A stretch of 64,000 bases of DNA from an uncultured Gemmatimonadales bacterium. Its GTDB lineage: Bacteria > Gemmatimonadota > Gemmatimonadetes > Longimicrobiales > Gaopeijiaceae. Made by a program: the position numbers and the translations under genes. Of the stretch, positions 31,184-41,759 are shown in pieces. The notes under the pieces were generated by a model that searched no databases, was not told the DNA's origin, and saw only the letters and a list, made by a program, of their open reading frames with translations. Within the stretch, counting starts at the first letter, position 1, and each line of letters begins with the position of its first letter. The stretch is from positions 64,001 through 128,000 of the forward strand of contig CAWGKG010000017.1 of NCBI GenBank assembly GCA_963823035.1, given 5' to 3'.

Positions 31184-31762
31184 TCAGTTCACCGTCACGT
31201 AGCCCCGGTCCTTCAGGACGGCTATCGCCGTCATCGCGGAGAGCGCGATGCGCATGTACGGCTGTAGCCGGTCCCGGGGCAGGTCCCGCGACATCGCGCT
31301 CTGACCGCACAGGTAGATCTCCACGCCCGCGGCGTCGAGCTGTCGCAGGAGGCCTTCGTTCCGGTTCGCCGTGCCGTAGCGCTCCGGAAGAGCTCCGCGT
31401 CGAGCGCGTCCTTGGCGGCCTCCCCGTGCATCACGACGCGCGACGTGCACCCGGTCACGAGGGACGCCGGCGCGGGCATGCATGTTCAGGAAGCGCGCGA
31501 CCGTGTTGAGGAAGGGGTTCACCTCCCCGGGGGTCTCCGACGACTGCGCGACCTCGAAGACCACGCGCAGGTCCCGGTCGAGGGGGGTGGCGAGGTCCGG
31601 GTCGGGGATGTCCCACACCGCGCCGTAGCCGTGGACGACCGGTCCGTCCGAGGCGGCGGGCCTCTCCTGGGCGAGCGCAGGCGCCGCGAGCGCGCCGAGG
31701 GAGACGAGGACGAGGGAGAAGGCGCGGGTCGGCGAAGCAGCGGAGCGAAGGGATCGGATCAT
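31184..31762 (-). CDS. Exported DsrE-family protein (frameshifted)
   Basis: Signal peptide, VVFEV, VARFLNMH, VVMHG, GVEIYLCGQS, ALSAMTA. Confidence 0.82.
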   Translation of the reverse strand: MIRSLRSAASPTRAFSLVLVSLGALAAPALAQERPAASDGPVVHGYGAVWDIPDPDLATPLDRDLRVVFEVAQSSETPGEVNPFLNTVARFLNMHARAGVPRDRVHVARRDARGGRQGRARRGALPERYGTANRNEGLLRQLDAAGVEIYLCGQSAMSRDLPRDRLQPYMRIALSAMTAIAVLKDRGYVTVN

Positions 31763-31897
31763 GGCTCGCGAGGGCGCGTCGGGTGCGGTGGGCCGCGGCG
31801 TGTTCGCGCGTCGCCCCGGCGTTCGCGGCGTCCGGGCGGTCGAGTTTCCTCCGACACCGTCGACGCTCAGGGAGAACCTACCCCTCGGAGGAGGAGC

Positions 31898-32198
31898 ATG
31901 CACAAACTGAACTGCTGGGAAGTCCGAGGATGTGGCCGACAGCCGGGTGGGGTCAATGTGGCCGACTGGGGATCTGCCCCGCCTCGGTGGATGAGTGGGC
32001 GGACGGCATGAACGGTGGCCGCAACGGAGGTAGGTGTGTTGGGCGTTGGCCGGCACGTTGTGTCGCGGAGAGGTTCAGGGCACGTTGCGATCGGTTGCGA
32101 ACTGCGTGCGGTGCGCATTCTACCTGCAGGTGGCCCAGGAGGAAGGCCGGAACCCGCTCACCTCGCGCACCGTCCTCTCCGTGATCGCCGACCTCTGA
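31898..32198 (+). CDS. Standalone two-CW-domain Cys-rich protein (frameshifted)
   Basis: Strong GGAGGAG RBS; KLNCWEVRGCGR / CPAS...GMNGGRNGGRC / WALAGTLC.G.VQG / CVRCAFYLQVAQEEG. Confidence 0.72.
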
Positions 32199-32253
32199 TC
32201 GAGGCGGACGCGGCCGGCGGATGGCGATCCGCCGGCCCCGCGCTCCAGCCTCC

Positions 32254-32906
32254 TCAGCCGCAGGCGTCTCGCAGCGCGGCGGAGAACGCTGGTGGTAGTC
32301 CGTCAGGACGTCGTGATTATCCATGGAGCGGCTCGTGAGCCAGTCGAGGAGCTGGTTCCGGGCCTCGACGTGGTCCGTGTCGAAGTACTCCGTGCAGACG
32401 GAGGCGTAGCGCGCGGCGGCCCATGCGTCGTCCGACGGGCTGCCTTCGCCCCGCGCACGCTGCGCACGCCCGTGCTCTCCGCGGCGCCACGTAGCTGTCG
32501 AACGCGCGCATGGCCCAGTAGCTCCGAAGCCGCGCGTCGGGCTCGCCCGCCGCTGCGCCTGGGCTGCGCTCTGCTGATTCTCCCAGGCACCGGACGTCGC
32601 CGCGGAGGCCTGCGAGAGGTTGGCCTGCCCCGCACGCAGGTTTCGCCAGGCCTGGTTGCCTCCGCGAGCGCGAGCGGGTTCCTCCGCGCCACTCCGGCGC
32701 AGGGCAGTGAGCGCCCACGCCTGGTCGACCTTTTCGGCGGCGCATTGCGAGGGCGCGCCTTCGAGCGCCGTCAGATACGAGAGGAGGACTCGAGCCTCCT
32801 CCACCGGGTCGTAGGGCTGCTGGAGGGCGACGTGGGCGCACGCGCCCAGGAGGGGGAGGGCCGCCACGAGAACGGCGAGTCGGGTGGTCCTTGTCCGTAT
32901 GCGCAT
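32254..32906 (-). CDS. Hypothetical lipoprotein (frameshifted; 3' end approximate)
   Basis: Basic N-terminus, hydrophobic core and LGAC lipobox. Confidence 0.55.
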
Positions 32907-33115
32907 GTTCCGTAGGACAGGCAGGAGTCGTGCCATCCCGGCCATCCCGCCAGGCAGGGTATTCCGGTGCGTTACGGCCGTCACGCGCCCGAAAGTCAGA
33001 CGGTCGACGTCCACTCCGCGTGGACGGCCGCGCCGGTCACGTCCGGCCTCCGATTGGCGTATAGTTCAGCGCCGGCCGCAAGAGCCGGATCCAACCCGGG
33101 GGCGCGTTCCTCATC

Positions 33116-34378
33116 ATGAAGCGTGTGCATGTGTCCATGACGTCGTGGCGGTGCTGGCCTGCGCCCTGGCACCCCCGCTCCAGGGTCAGGGAGACCAGGG
33201 ACGTGCCGGGCCGGGTCGTCGACGAGGCGACCCGCCAGGGCGTGTCCGGTGCGGTCCTGCGCATCGTGGACACCGAGGTGTTCGCGGTCACGAAGCAGGA
33301 CGGGAGCTTCGTCCTGGAGGCGGTCCCCGAAGGAAGTTGGGCCCTCCGCGTCGAGCACCTGGCCTACGGCGTGCACGACCACGATATCAACGTGCCTGCG
33401 GATCAGGCCATGGAGTTGGAGATCCGCATCGCGTCCGAAGCCATCGAGCTCGAGCCCGTCATCGTCGAAACCGAGACGCAGCGGCAGCGCGTGCAGCGCG
33501 GGCAGGGCTCGAGCCTCCACGTGGTGGAGCGGCCGCAGATCGAGCGGGCTCTCGGTGTCAGCAGGCACCTCGGCGACCTCATCGTGCAGACCGTGCCCGG
33601 CGTGAAGATGCGCCAGTCCAACAACCTCGCGGGAACCGAGGTGTGCCTGGAGTTCCGGGGCGCCGCCAGCATCTCGCTCATGCAGACGCGCGCGTGCAGC
33701 AGCCCGATGGTGTTGCTGGACGGCGTACCCGTGTCGGATCCCCGGTACCTCTACGGGTCGGTCGGCCTGCAGAACATCGAGCGCATCCAGGTCATCCCGC
33801 CGGGGGAGGCGGGCGCCCGCTACGGCACCGGATCACTCTACGGCGTGATCCTCATCGAGACGCGCCCGCCGGGACGCGGCCTCTCGGACCCGCGCGAGCG
33901 GCCGGTGATTCCGTTGTCGGCGCCGAGGCTGACCTTCGACTGGGGACAGGACCCGGAAGGGCACGACCTCCTCAAGACGGTGGCCGGCGCCTTCCTGGGC
34001 AACGCCGTCGGGCTGGTCGCGGGGTTGGCCGTGGCTCGGCAGTGCATCGACATCGACGCCAAGGACGAGATCGTGACCACCTGCGGCGGTCTCGGCGTCA
34101 TGGGATCGGGGGTCGCGGCCTTCGCACTCCCCGCTCTAGGCGGAGCGATCGGGGCGAGGTGGGGCGGCGGGACGTCCACCTCCGTGGGGAGATTGCTCCC
34201 CGCGTTGGTCGGAGCGTCGATGATGCTCTTCCCGGGCTATGCGTTCTCGATGTCCACCGTCGGCGACGGCTCGGCGGCCGAAAACGCCGTGGGTCATGCC
34301 TTTCTCGTGGTGGGCGCGCCGCTCGTGGTGACGTTCGCGGACCGACTGTTCCGGTCGCTCCGCGGGGGCCCGCGGTAG
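33116..34378 (+). CDS. Carboxypeptidase-regulatory-like + TonB plug-like protein with hydrophobic C-terminus
   Basis: GRVVD...TKQDGSF...VEHLAY; PMVLLDGV, IERIQVI...ARYGTGSLYGVILIET; then about four hydrophobic helices and no barrel. Confidence 0.75.
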   Translation: MKRVHVSMTSWRCWPAPWHPRSRVRETRDVPGRVVDEATRQGVSGAVLRIVDTEVFAVTKQDGSFVLEAVPEGSWALRVEHLAYGVHDHDINVPADQAMELEIRIASEAIELEPVIVETETQRQRVQRGQGSSLHVVERPQIERALGVSRHLGDLIVQTVPGVKMRQSNNLAGTEVCLEFRGAASISLMQTRACSSPMVLLDGVPVSDPRYLYGSVGLQNIERIQVIPPGEAGARYGTGSLYGVILIETRPPGRGLSDPRERPVIPLSAPRLTFDWGQDPEGHDLLKTVAGAFLGNAVGLVAGLAVARQCIDIDAKDEIVTTCGGLGVMGSGVAAFALPALGGAIGARWGGGTSTSVGRLLPALVGASMMLFPGYAFSMSTVGDGSAAENAVGHAFLVVGAPLVVTFADRLFRSLRGGPR

Positions 34379-34827
34379 CTCGGCGTCGTGCCCCCGTACA
34401 CGTAGACGTAGACCAGCTCGGCCCCGTCGGAGAGCGTCGCGCTCTGGTCGTACGCCTGTCCGTTGTCCAGACTGATGCGCAACCTCACCGATGCCACGTC
34501 GACCACCGGGTTCTTCAGCCGCACCACGATGTCGCCCAGCGCCGAGAGGTCGACCGTGTGGTCGTGCGGCAGTTGGATGTCGAAGGTGTCGGCCGAGTTG
34601 AAGTGCTGTACGATCTGGAACGTGATCGGGTCGACGGACTCGGTGAAGTCGGTCGAGATCACCAGCTCGAGCGGCACGGGCGCCGTACCCTCCACCACGA
34701 TGTGTGCGTTGGTGGGGCGCTTGTGGGGTCCGGTCGAGACGGCGCAGGCGGAAGCGCTCACCGCGGCGACCGCCATCAGGGCCAGCGCGGTGCGCGCGGC
34801 CGTCCAACGTGAACGAGCGAGGTCCAT
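34294..34827 (-). CDS. Hypothetical lipoprotein (3' end uncertain)
   Basis: ASAC lipobox-like motif followed by a beta-rich domain. Confidence 0.6.
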   Translation of the reverse strand: MDLARSRWTAARTALALMAVAAVSASACAVSTGPHKRPTNAHIVVEGTAPVPLELVISTDFTESVDPITFQIVQHFNSADTFDIQLPHDHTVDLSALGDIVVRLKNPVVDVASVRLRISLDNGQAYDQSATLSDGAELVYVYVYGGTTPSYRGPPRSDRNSRSANVTTSGAPTTRKA

Positions 34828-34830
34828 ATC

Positions 34831-36039
34831 GTGATGCGGCTCCTGTCCGCGGTTCGCCGAGCCTATACGGTCGGGTCGATCGTCGCTTTCCCGTCCCTTC
34901 TCGCCGCCTGCGGAACGCAGGGGGTCGAGGTCGCCGGGTCCGCCGACGTCGGAGACCCGATGCCGGGCCTCGACGCCGCCCAGATGGTCCGCTTCGAGGC
35001 GGGACGTGCCGGCTTCGACCGACGCTTCACCCCGCGCGACGGCCTGGGGCCGAGGTTCAACGAAAACTCCTGCAACGCCTGCCACACACAGCCGGCCGAC
35101 GGCGGCACCGGCGAGACGATCGTGACGAAGGCCACGCGGTACGTCGACGGTCGCTGCGATCTCCTCGTACACCAGGGTGGCGAAAACGTCCGCCTGCGCG
35201 TCACCCCCGAAGCCTCGACGCTCGGGGCGGGCCGCCCTCCCGTCCCCGAAGAGGCCACGGAGACCATCCGCCTGACCATCCCCTTCCTCTACGGGATGGG
35301 CCTGGTGGATGCGGTCGACGAGCGCGCCATCGAGGGCCGCGCCGATCCGGACGACCGCGACGGAGACGGCATCTCCGGCCGCGTAGGCGTCGACCCGGAG
35401 GGGCGCCCCGCCCGCTTTGGACGCAAGGCGGACTCGGCCACCCTCGAGGACTTCGTGGTCGGCGCCTTCCGCCTCGAGATGGGCGTCACCTCTCCGGCGT
35501 ATCCCGACGAGGCCCAGGCGGGCGCCCTCCCGGCCGTGCCGGAAGGCACCGACCTGGCGCCCGATCCCGAGATCGATCAGGCCACCGTCGATGGGGTCAC
35601 CGACTTCGTCCGCTTTCTCGCGCCGCCCGCGCGTGTCGAGCCCGCGGACCCGGACCGTGCGGCCTCCGCGGCACGAGGGCAGGAGCTGTTCGGCCAACTC
35701 GGCTGCACGTCCTGCCACGTTCCCGAGATGATCACCGGCGCGAGCCCGGTCTCCGCGCTCGCCCACAAGCGGTTCGCGCTCTACTCCGACCTCCTGCTCC
35801 ACGACATGGGCGAGGGCCTCTCCGGCACCTGTGCGGCCGGCGCGAGCCCCACGGAGTACCGGACGGAGCCCCTTCTCGGGCTCCGTCACCGCAAGATCTT
35901 CCTGCACGACGGGCGGGTGAGCCGCGTGATCGACGCGATCCTCTCGCACGGGGGTGAGGCCGAGAAGGCGCGTGCGGCGTTCGCGGCGCTCGACCGCCTG
36001 CGCCAGGAAGACCTCATCCGCTTTCTCGACACGCTCTGA
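34831..36039 (+). CDS. Di-heme oxidoreductase family (DUF1111-like) lipoprotein (start uncertain)
   Basis: GLGPRFN..SCNACH, RFGRKA, GCTSCH, YSDLLLHDMG, FLHDGR, HGGEA; LAAC lipobox. Confidence 0.9.
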   Translation: MMRLLSAVRRAYTVGSIVAFPSLLAACGTQGVEVAGSADVGDPMPGLDAAQMVRFEAGRAGFDRRFTPRDGLGPRFNENSCNACHTQPADGGTGETIVTKATRYVDGRCDLLVHQGGENVRLRVTPEASTLGAGRPPVPEEATETIRLTIPFLYGMGLVDAVDERAIEGRADPDDRDGDGISGRVGVDPEGRPARFGRKADSATLEDFVVGAFRLEMGVTSPAYPDEAQAGALPAVPEGTDLAPDPEIDQATVDGVTDFVRFLAPPARVEPADPDRAASAARGQELFGQLGCTSCHVPEMITGASPVSALAHKRFALYSDLLLHDMGEGLSGTCAAGASPTEYRTEPLLGLRHRKIFLHDGRVSRVIDAILSHGGEAEKARAAFAALDRLRQEDLIRFLDTL

Positions 36040-36061
36040 CCTCGCGGCGTCCAACGTGAAA

Positions 36062-36088
36062 GGGCGGGGCGCACCGTGCGCCCCGCCC
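36062..36088 (-). terminator. GC-rich hairpin between convergent genes, probable intrinsic terminator
   Basis: GGGCGGGGCGCAC-C-GTGCGCCCCGCCC, followed by a short U-run on the minus strand. Confidence 0.6.
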
Positions 36089-36132
36089 CCGACCCTCACG
36101 GCCGCCTCCGGGGAGGCCGCCGGGCCACGAGA

Positions 36133-37530
36133 TCAACCGTTCGGGTTGGTGATGTTCGGGTTGCCCTCGTACTCCTCCTTGGGGAGCGGATAGCACGTCG
36201 CCGTGCCGTAGTTGCCCCACCCCTCCGTCGGATGCAGCCCCGTCGGGAAGAGGTCCTGGCCGTCGAGGCGCATCCAGCGCCGCAGGTCGCCCAGGCGGTA
36301 GCCACCCATGAACAGGTCCTTGCCGCGCTGCTCGCGCAGCTCGGCCATGAGCGCGTCACCGGACAGGCTTACCGGGTCCTGGTTGCCGAACGCCCGCCGC
36401 GAGTTCACGAACTCGAGCGTGGTGCCCAGCGGACCCGTACCCGTGGGCCCGGCTGCCTCGTAGTAGTTCTCCATCGCCTCGATGTAGGAAGCCATGGCGA
36501 TGTCGGTGCTGCGCTTGTAGGGCTCCGGCGTGCCGCCGTCGGCGAACGTCTGGCCGTTGTACTCCGACCACATCAGGCCCTGCTTGGGCTTGTAGAGCTT
36601 GGTCAGGGCGTTGTGGCCCGTGCTCCAGCTCGGCTCGTGCTGCACTCGCGGATCCGTCAGGAACGCCTCGAGGTTCTGCACCCCGAAGTTCTGCGGGCCG
36701 CCCGCGAGGAAGTGCGGGTGCATGCCCACAGCGTGGTTCGCTCCCTTCGTGCTAGCTTCCAGCGGGTCGTACACGCGGTCGTCCGTGTCGTTGTACTCGA
36801 CCCACCAGTAGAAGCCCGCGGGCACCTTCGCCGCGGCGGCCATCGCCTGGGCGTTCTGCCCCAGGTTCAGGTACGCACGCGACAGCCCGACGTTGATCAT
36901 GCTCACCAGGTCGGCCGCCGTCCGCTTGTTCAGCAGCACCGCGCTCCCCGCCGCCGTGGCGATCGGAAGCGCCTCGTTGAAGCGATCCACCGCGAACTGG
37001 TACAGGTCGGCCGGCTGGTAGATCTCCGAGCCGACGTTGACGGTGGCCTCGCACATGGCGTCCGCCAGCACGATGTAGCTGTACCCCGCGTACGCCAGCG
37101 TGACCGCGAGGTTCGGGTCCGTCGAGGGGTTCTCCGAGAGCCCGTCCTTCAGGCGTCCCGAGATGGAGTCGGCCTGGGCGCGGGCGCGGCTGATACGGGA
37201 GAACATCAGGTCCGCGTCACCCTCGTCGTACTTCACGATCCGCTGGCTCAGACGCGCCGTCTGCTCCCAGTTGATGCCCGTGATCTGCTCGTCGGTGAAC
37301 ATGCTGCCACGCCACAGGAACGGATCGGCGTACATGTCCTGGAAGTCACCGATCACACCACCCACCAGCACCTTCACCAGCGCCGCGTCGTTGAGCAGCG
37401 ACTCGTCGAGCTCCGCGGGGTTGTTCACGTCCAGAAGCTGGTCCGCGACGTTGCACGACGCCGCCACCCCTACCGTCAATGCCAGAAGGCCTGCCGTGGC
37501 CGCCTTCCGGAGCGAGATGATCTTGTTCAT
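36133..37530 (-). CDS. RagB/SusD-family lipoprotein
   Basis: AASC lipobox, ELREQRGKDLFMGGYRLGDLRR, YPLPKEEYEGNPN; directly downstream of SusC. Confidence 0.88.
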   Translation of the reverse strand: MNKIISLRKAATAGLLALTVGVAASCNVADQLLDVNNPAELDESLLNDAALVKVLVGGVIGDFQDMYADPFLWRGSMFTDEQITGINWEQTARLSQRIVKYDEGDADLMFSRISRARAQADSISGRLKDGLSENPSTDPNLAVTLAYAGYSYIVLADAMCEATVNVGSEIYQPADLYQFAVDRFNEALPIATAAGSAVLLNKRTAADLVSMINVGLSRAYLNLGQNAQAMAAAAKVPAGFYWWVEYNDTDDRVYDPLEASTKGANHAVGMHPHFLAGGPQNFGVQNLEAFLTDPRVQHEPSWSTGHNALTKLYKPKQGLMWSEYNGQTFADGGTPEPYKRSTDIAMASYIEAMENYYEAAGPTGTGPLGTTLEFVNSRRAFGNQDPVSLSGDALMAELREQRGKDLFMGGYRLGDLRRWMRLDGQDLFPTGLHPTEGWGNYGTATCYPLPKEEYEGNPNITNPNG

Positions 37531-37558
37531 CGTCTCAGTTCCTTTCCGGTCAGCCCGG

Positions 37559-40500
37559 TCAGAAGGAGAACCGCATACTCAGGGAGAACGTCCGCAGCAT
37601 CGGAATCGATGCGTAGTCCGTCATCCTGAACGGGTCCGTGGAGTCGAAGTTCACTTCCGGGTCGGGCGAGCCCAGCCCGTCCTGACCGAGATCGTACTTG
37701 GTCCACATCCACAGGTTGCGACCGGACAGCGTCACCGCGGCCGCGTCGAAGCGGAGGTTCTGCGCGAACTGGCTGGGGAGCTGATACGTAACCGACAGCT
37801 CCCGCAGCTTGATGAAGTCCGCATGCTGGATCCACGTCTTCGTCTGCAGGCTCTTCGCCACCAGGACGTCGACCGGATCCGCGTTCGGATCGTTCACCAG
37901 CTTCGTGTTCATGTCGATGCGGCTCCGCACGGAGCAGATCGCGCACCACTGGTAGTGGCCGCCCTTGTAGTCGAAGTTCGCGAACAGGCGGAAGTTGTCG
38001 AACAGCGTGAAGGTGTTCGTGAAGCCGATCTCACGCGTCGGCAGCGACGGGCCCACGTACTCGTTCTCCGAAGCAACCGTGACGTCGCCGTCGGTCACGA
38101 TGGGCGCCCCGCTCGCGTCGCGCTCCACGTCCTTCGACCAGAAGCCACCCATCGGGTAGCCCGGGAGGTGGCGCTGCACCGTCGCGAACGCGCCGAAGTC
38201 GACCGAGCTGAGCGGCGCGCTCGCCCCAGGAGGCCAGCTCGTTGCTCGTCTTGGCGAGCGCGACCGTCGCGTCCCACTGCACGCTGCGCGTGTAGAGGGG
38301 CGTCGCGGTCAGCAGAATCTCGATGCCCTTGTTCTTGATCTCGCCCACGTTCACGAAGTGCGTGCCGCTGAACCCGCTCGAACGCGGGTCCGGTACGGGC
38401 ACCAGGGCGTCCTTGGTGCTCTGGCTGTAGTACGTGAAGTCGAGGCCCATGCGGCCGCCCCACATCGAGGACTCGAAGCCCAGCTCGGCCTCCGAGCCCG
38501 TCTCGGCCTTGAGGTCCGGGTTGCCGTACGAGGAGGGCCGTAGCTGGTTGATGACCACGTCACCGGCCGTCGTCACCGCCGCCGAGTAGGTCCGGTCGGC
38601 GGTGAAGGGGTCCGGCGGGTTGCCCGCCTTGCCCCACGCCGCGCGCAGCTTGAGCTGGTCGATGAAGCCGTAGTCGAAGAAGTCCTCGTCGCTGATCACG
38701 TACGACAGCTGCGCCTTCGGATAGACGACCAGCGAGAAGTTCTGACCGAACGCGCTGTTGTCGTCCACACGGACGGCCGCCGTCGCGAAGAGGCGGTTCT
38801 TGAAGCCGACCATCTCCTGGACGTAGAAGCCCAGCGACGTCTGCTCCTCGAAGTCCTGGTCACCGCGGTTCACGGCGGCCGAGCGGACCAGGTTGAGGTT
38901 GTTGGCCACCAGGCCCTCACCGGTCGCCCCGTAGAGGTTGTACTTCCTGGCGTTGAGCTGCATCCCGCCGCTGAACGCCGAGTTGTAGTCCTCGTTGATG
39001 TCGGTGTTGATCGTTCCGGAGTAGTCCACCGTCCAGATGTGGGTGTCACGCAGCTGGAGGTCCGTGTAGCCGGTCGAGCGCGTGGTGCCCCAGGGCTGCA
39101 GCCCCGTCTGATCGATCCCCGTGAAGTCGGAGACCTTCCGGTTCTGGTTGTCCAGGCCGAGGACGAGCCGGTTCGTGAACCACTTGAAGGGCGTGTAGTT
39201 GACCGTGGCGCCCATCGTGTAGCGCTCGCCGAACGACTCCAGGTCCCACTGGTTGGCGAGCGTGGGGCCGAAGTTCCTGAAGCCCACCTCGTACTGGTAG
39301 TTCGCGTCCGCCTTCCCGCGGTAGCCGTTGCGCAGGATGGAGTTGGACGAGTTGTTGGAGAGGGGAGCCCGCACATTCGTACGCGAGTAGCCCATGTTCA
39401 CGTTGAAGCTGAGCTTCTCGGACGGCGTGAAGCCGAAGTTCGCCCGTCCGCCCGTGCGCTGCGAGTAGTTGTTCAGGAAGATGCCCTGCTCGTCTCCCCG
39501 CTCCGCGCTCACGTAGAAGTTGAAGAGCTCACCGCCGCCGCGAGCCGAGAGGTTCCAGTCCCACCGCCCCGCGCCGTTCGGATCGTCCGACCCGGAGTTG
39601 CCGCGCATGGCGTTGGGGTTCTCGTCCATCGGGTGGTAGACCTTCACCGTCCCGGGCGCGAGGCCCGCGCATCCCGGGTAGGAGCTCGACGTCACGTTGG
39701 AAGCCGAGCACGTCCAGTAGGTCGTGGGCGTGCGAGCGCCCAGTCGGACGTACCCGCATTCAGCGCGGCCGTCCACTGGACGCCAGCGCCCGCGCGGCCC
39801 TTCTTCGTGATGATCTGGATGACGCCGGCCGCCGCCTCGGCGCCGTACAGCGTCGACGCCGCAGGGCCCTTGATGACCTCGATCGACTCGATGTCGTTCG
39901 GGTTGAGCGCGTCGAGGGCGTTCGTGCAGTGCGTGATCGTTGCCGCAATTGCCGCCCTGGTTCCCGCTGATGATGCGCACGCCGTCGACGTAGATCACCG
40001 GCTCCGTACGGCCCTCGATCGAGCCCGTGCCGCGCAGGCGGATCTGCGAGCCGTCACCGGCACCGCCGCCGTTCGAGACCAGCGTGAGCCCCGGCGTACG
40101 CGCCTGCAGGAGGTTCTGCACCGAGGGCATCGGCACCTGCTCCGTCACCGCTGCCGCCTCGAACTGCGACACCGAGTTGCCGATGGCACGGCGCTGCGTC
40201 TGACCCGGCGTGCCCGTCACGACGATCGCGTCGAGCTCGAGCGCCGCCTGACTCAGGCGGAAGTCCGCCTGTGCCACCTGACCGGCCACCACCGTGATCT
40301 GCTGCTCCTGCGTCCCGTAGCCGATGATCTCGGCCCGCACCGTGGCGGTGCCCTGCGGCACGTTGAGGATGAGGAACTGCCCGCTGGCGTTGGCCAGCGC
40401 TCCGCGTCCGCTACCGGGCACGGACAACTGCACGCCCGAAAGGGGGCGCATGGTCACCGCGTCGGTGACCTGACCACGAATGGTGCCCGTAGCCCCTTGC

Positions 40501-40589
40501 TGCGCTGCGACGGGGACCGTGAGCCCAAGGCTCAGTGCCACCGCCGTTGTGAGCCGCAAAACGGCTCTGCAGACGAGTCTTACGTCCAT
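37559..40589 (-). CDS. SusC/RagA-family TonB-dependent receptor (frameshifted)
   Basis: CarboxypepD-like N-terminus, [51 protein letters not shown]-terminal F. Confidence 0.92.
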
Positions 40590-40980
40590 ACCGCCTCCGT
40601 GAATCTTCAGTGAGATGAATTGCCCTACGACGGTGTCCAGAATCGACTCCCCGGGGATCTGGAGAGGCTCGTCAGGAACGACAAGCGGGTGGGTTGCGCG
40701 ACCGCGCTCGCGGCCTGCGAAGGATGCGCCGACCCCCCGGGGGCGCATCTCGCGTGAAACCACGTACTTCCTCAACCCTTTTTATGGGCCCATGGGTTCC
40801 CATACGCAAGGGGGCCCCCTTCCTTTCGATCCCGCCCGGATGCCCGTGGTGGAGGACCGTCCTGACCGACGGCTCTCAGAACGAGCGTCTGGTGCCGATA
40901 CTGGGGTCGTGCGGCCCGGTCGCCCCGCACCACCGGCGGTGCACCCGGATCAGGAACCCACCTCGACGCGGCGCAACCAC

Positions 40981-41759
40981 GTGGACAAGGCCTCCATCTT
41001 CGGTGTCGTGGTGGGATCCGGCCTGGTGGTCGGATCCATCCTCCTCGGCTCCAGCCTGATGATCTTCATCAACGTTCCCGGCCTCCTGATCGTCGGGGGC
41101 GGAACGTTCGCGGCGACCAGCATCGCGTTCCCGACGGAGGAGCTGAAGCACATGTTCGGCGTCGTGCGCCGGGTCTTCAACGACCCGGGCAACGAGATGG
41201 TGAGCATCTCCCAGTATCTCCTGCAGGCGATGCGCATCCTGAAGAAGGACGGGCCGCTGGCCCTCGAGGACATGGCCACGAAGGCCCCCACCGAGCCGCT
41301 CAAGAAGGGCCTGCAGCTCATCGCCGACGGCGCGGACGTGCGCACGATCCAGGAGATCCTGGCGACCGAGCAGAAGTACATGGAGGAGCACCACCGCATC
41401 GGCCAGAAGATCTTCAACGAGATGGGCAAGTACGCGCCCGCTTTCGGCATGGTGGGGACGCTCATCGGGCTCGTGCAGATGCTCGCGAACATGAGCGACC
41501 CCGAGAGCATCGGGCCGGCCATGGCGGTCGCGCTGCTGACCACGTTCTACGGCGCGGTGCTCGCGAACCTCATCTTCTTGCCGATGGTGGCGAAGCTCGA
41601 CCGCCGCATCGTCATCGAGGTCACGCAGATCCAGCTCGCGATCGTCGGCCTCATGTCCATGCACGGAGGTGACACGGCAGCGATCATGAAGGACAAGATG
41701 CAGGCCTTCATCCGGCACGAGGCCGTGCCTGACGTGAAGGAAGCCGCGAGGCGGCCTGA
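40981..41759 (+). CDS. motA: MotA/PomA-type stator subunit
   Basis: LIVGGGT, KGLQLIADG, YAPAFGMVGTLIGL, MAVALLTTFYG...P; probable TGA at 41757-41759 after one indel. Confidence 0.88.
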
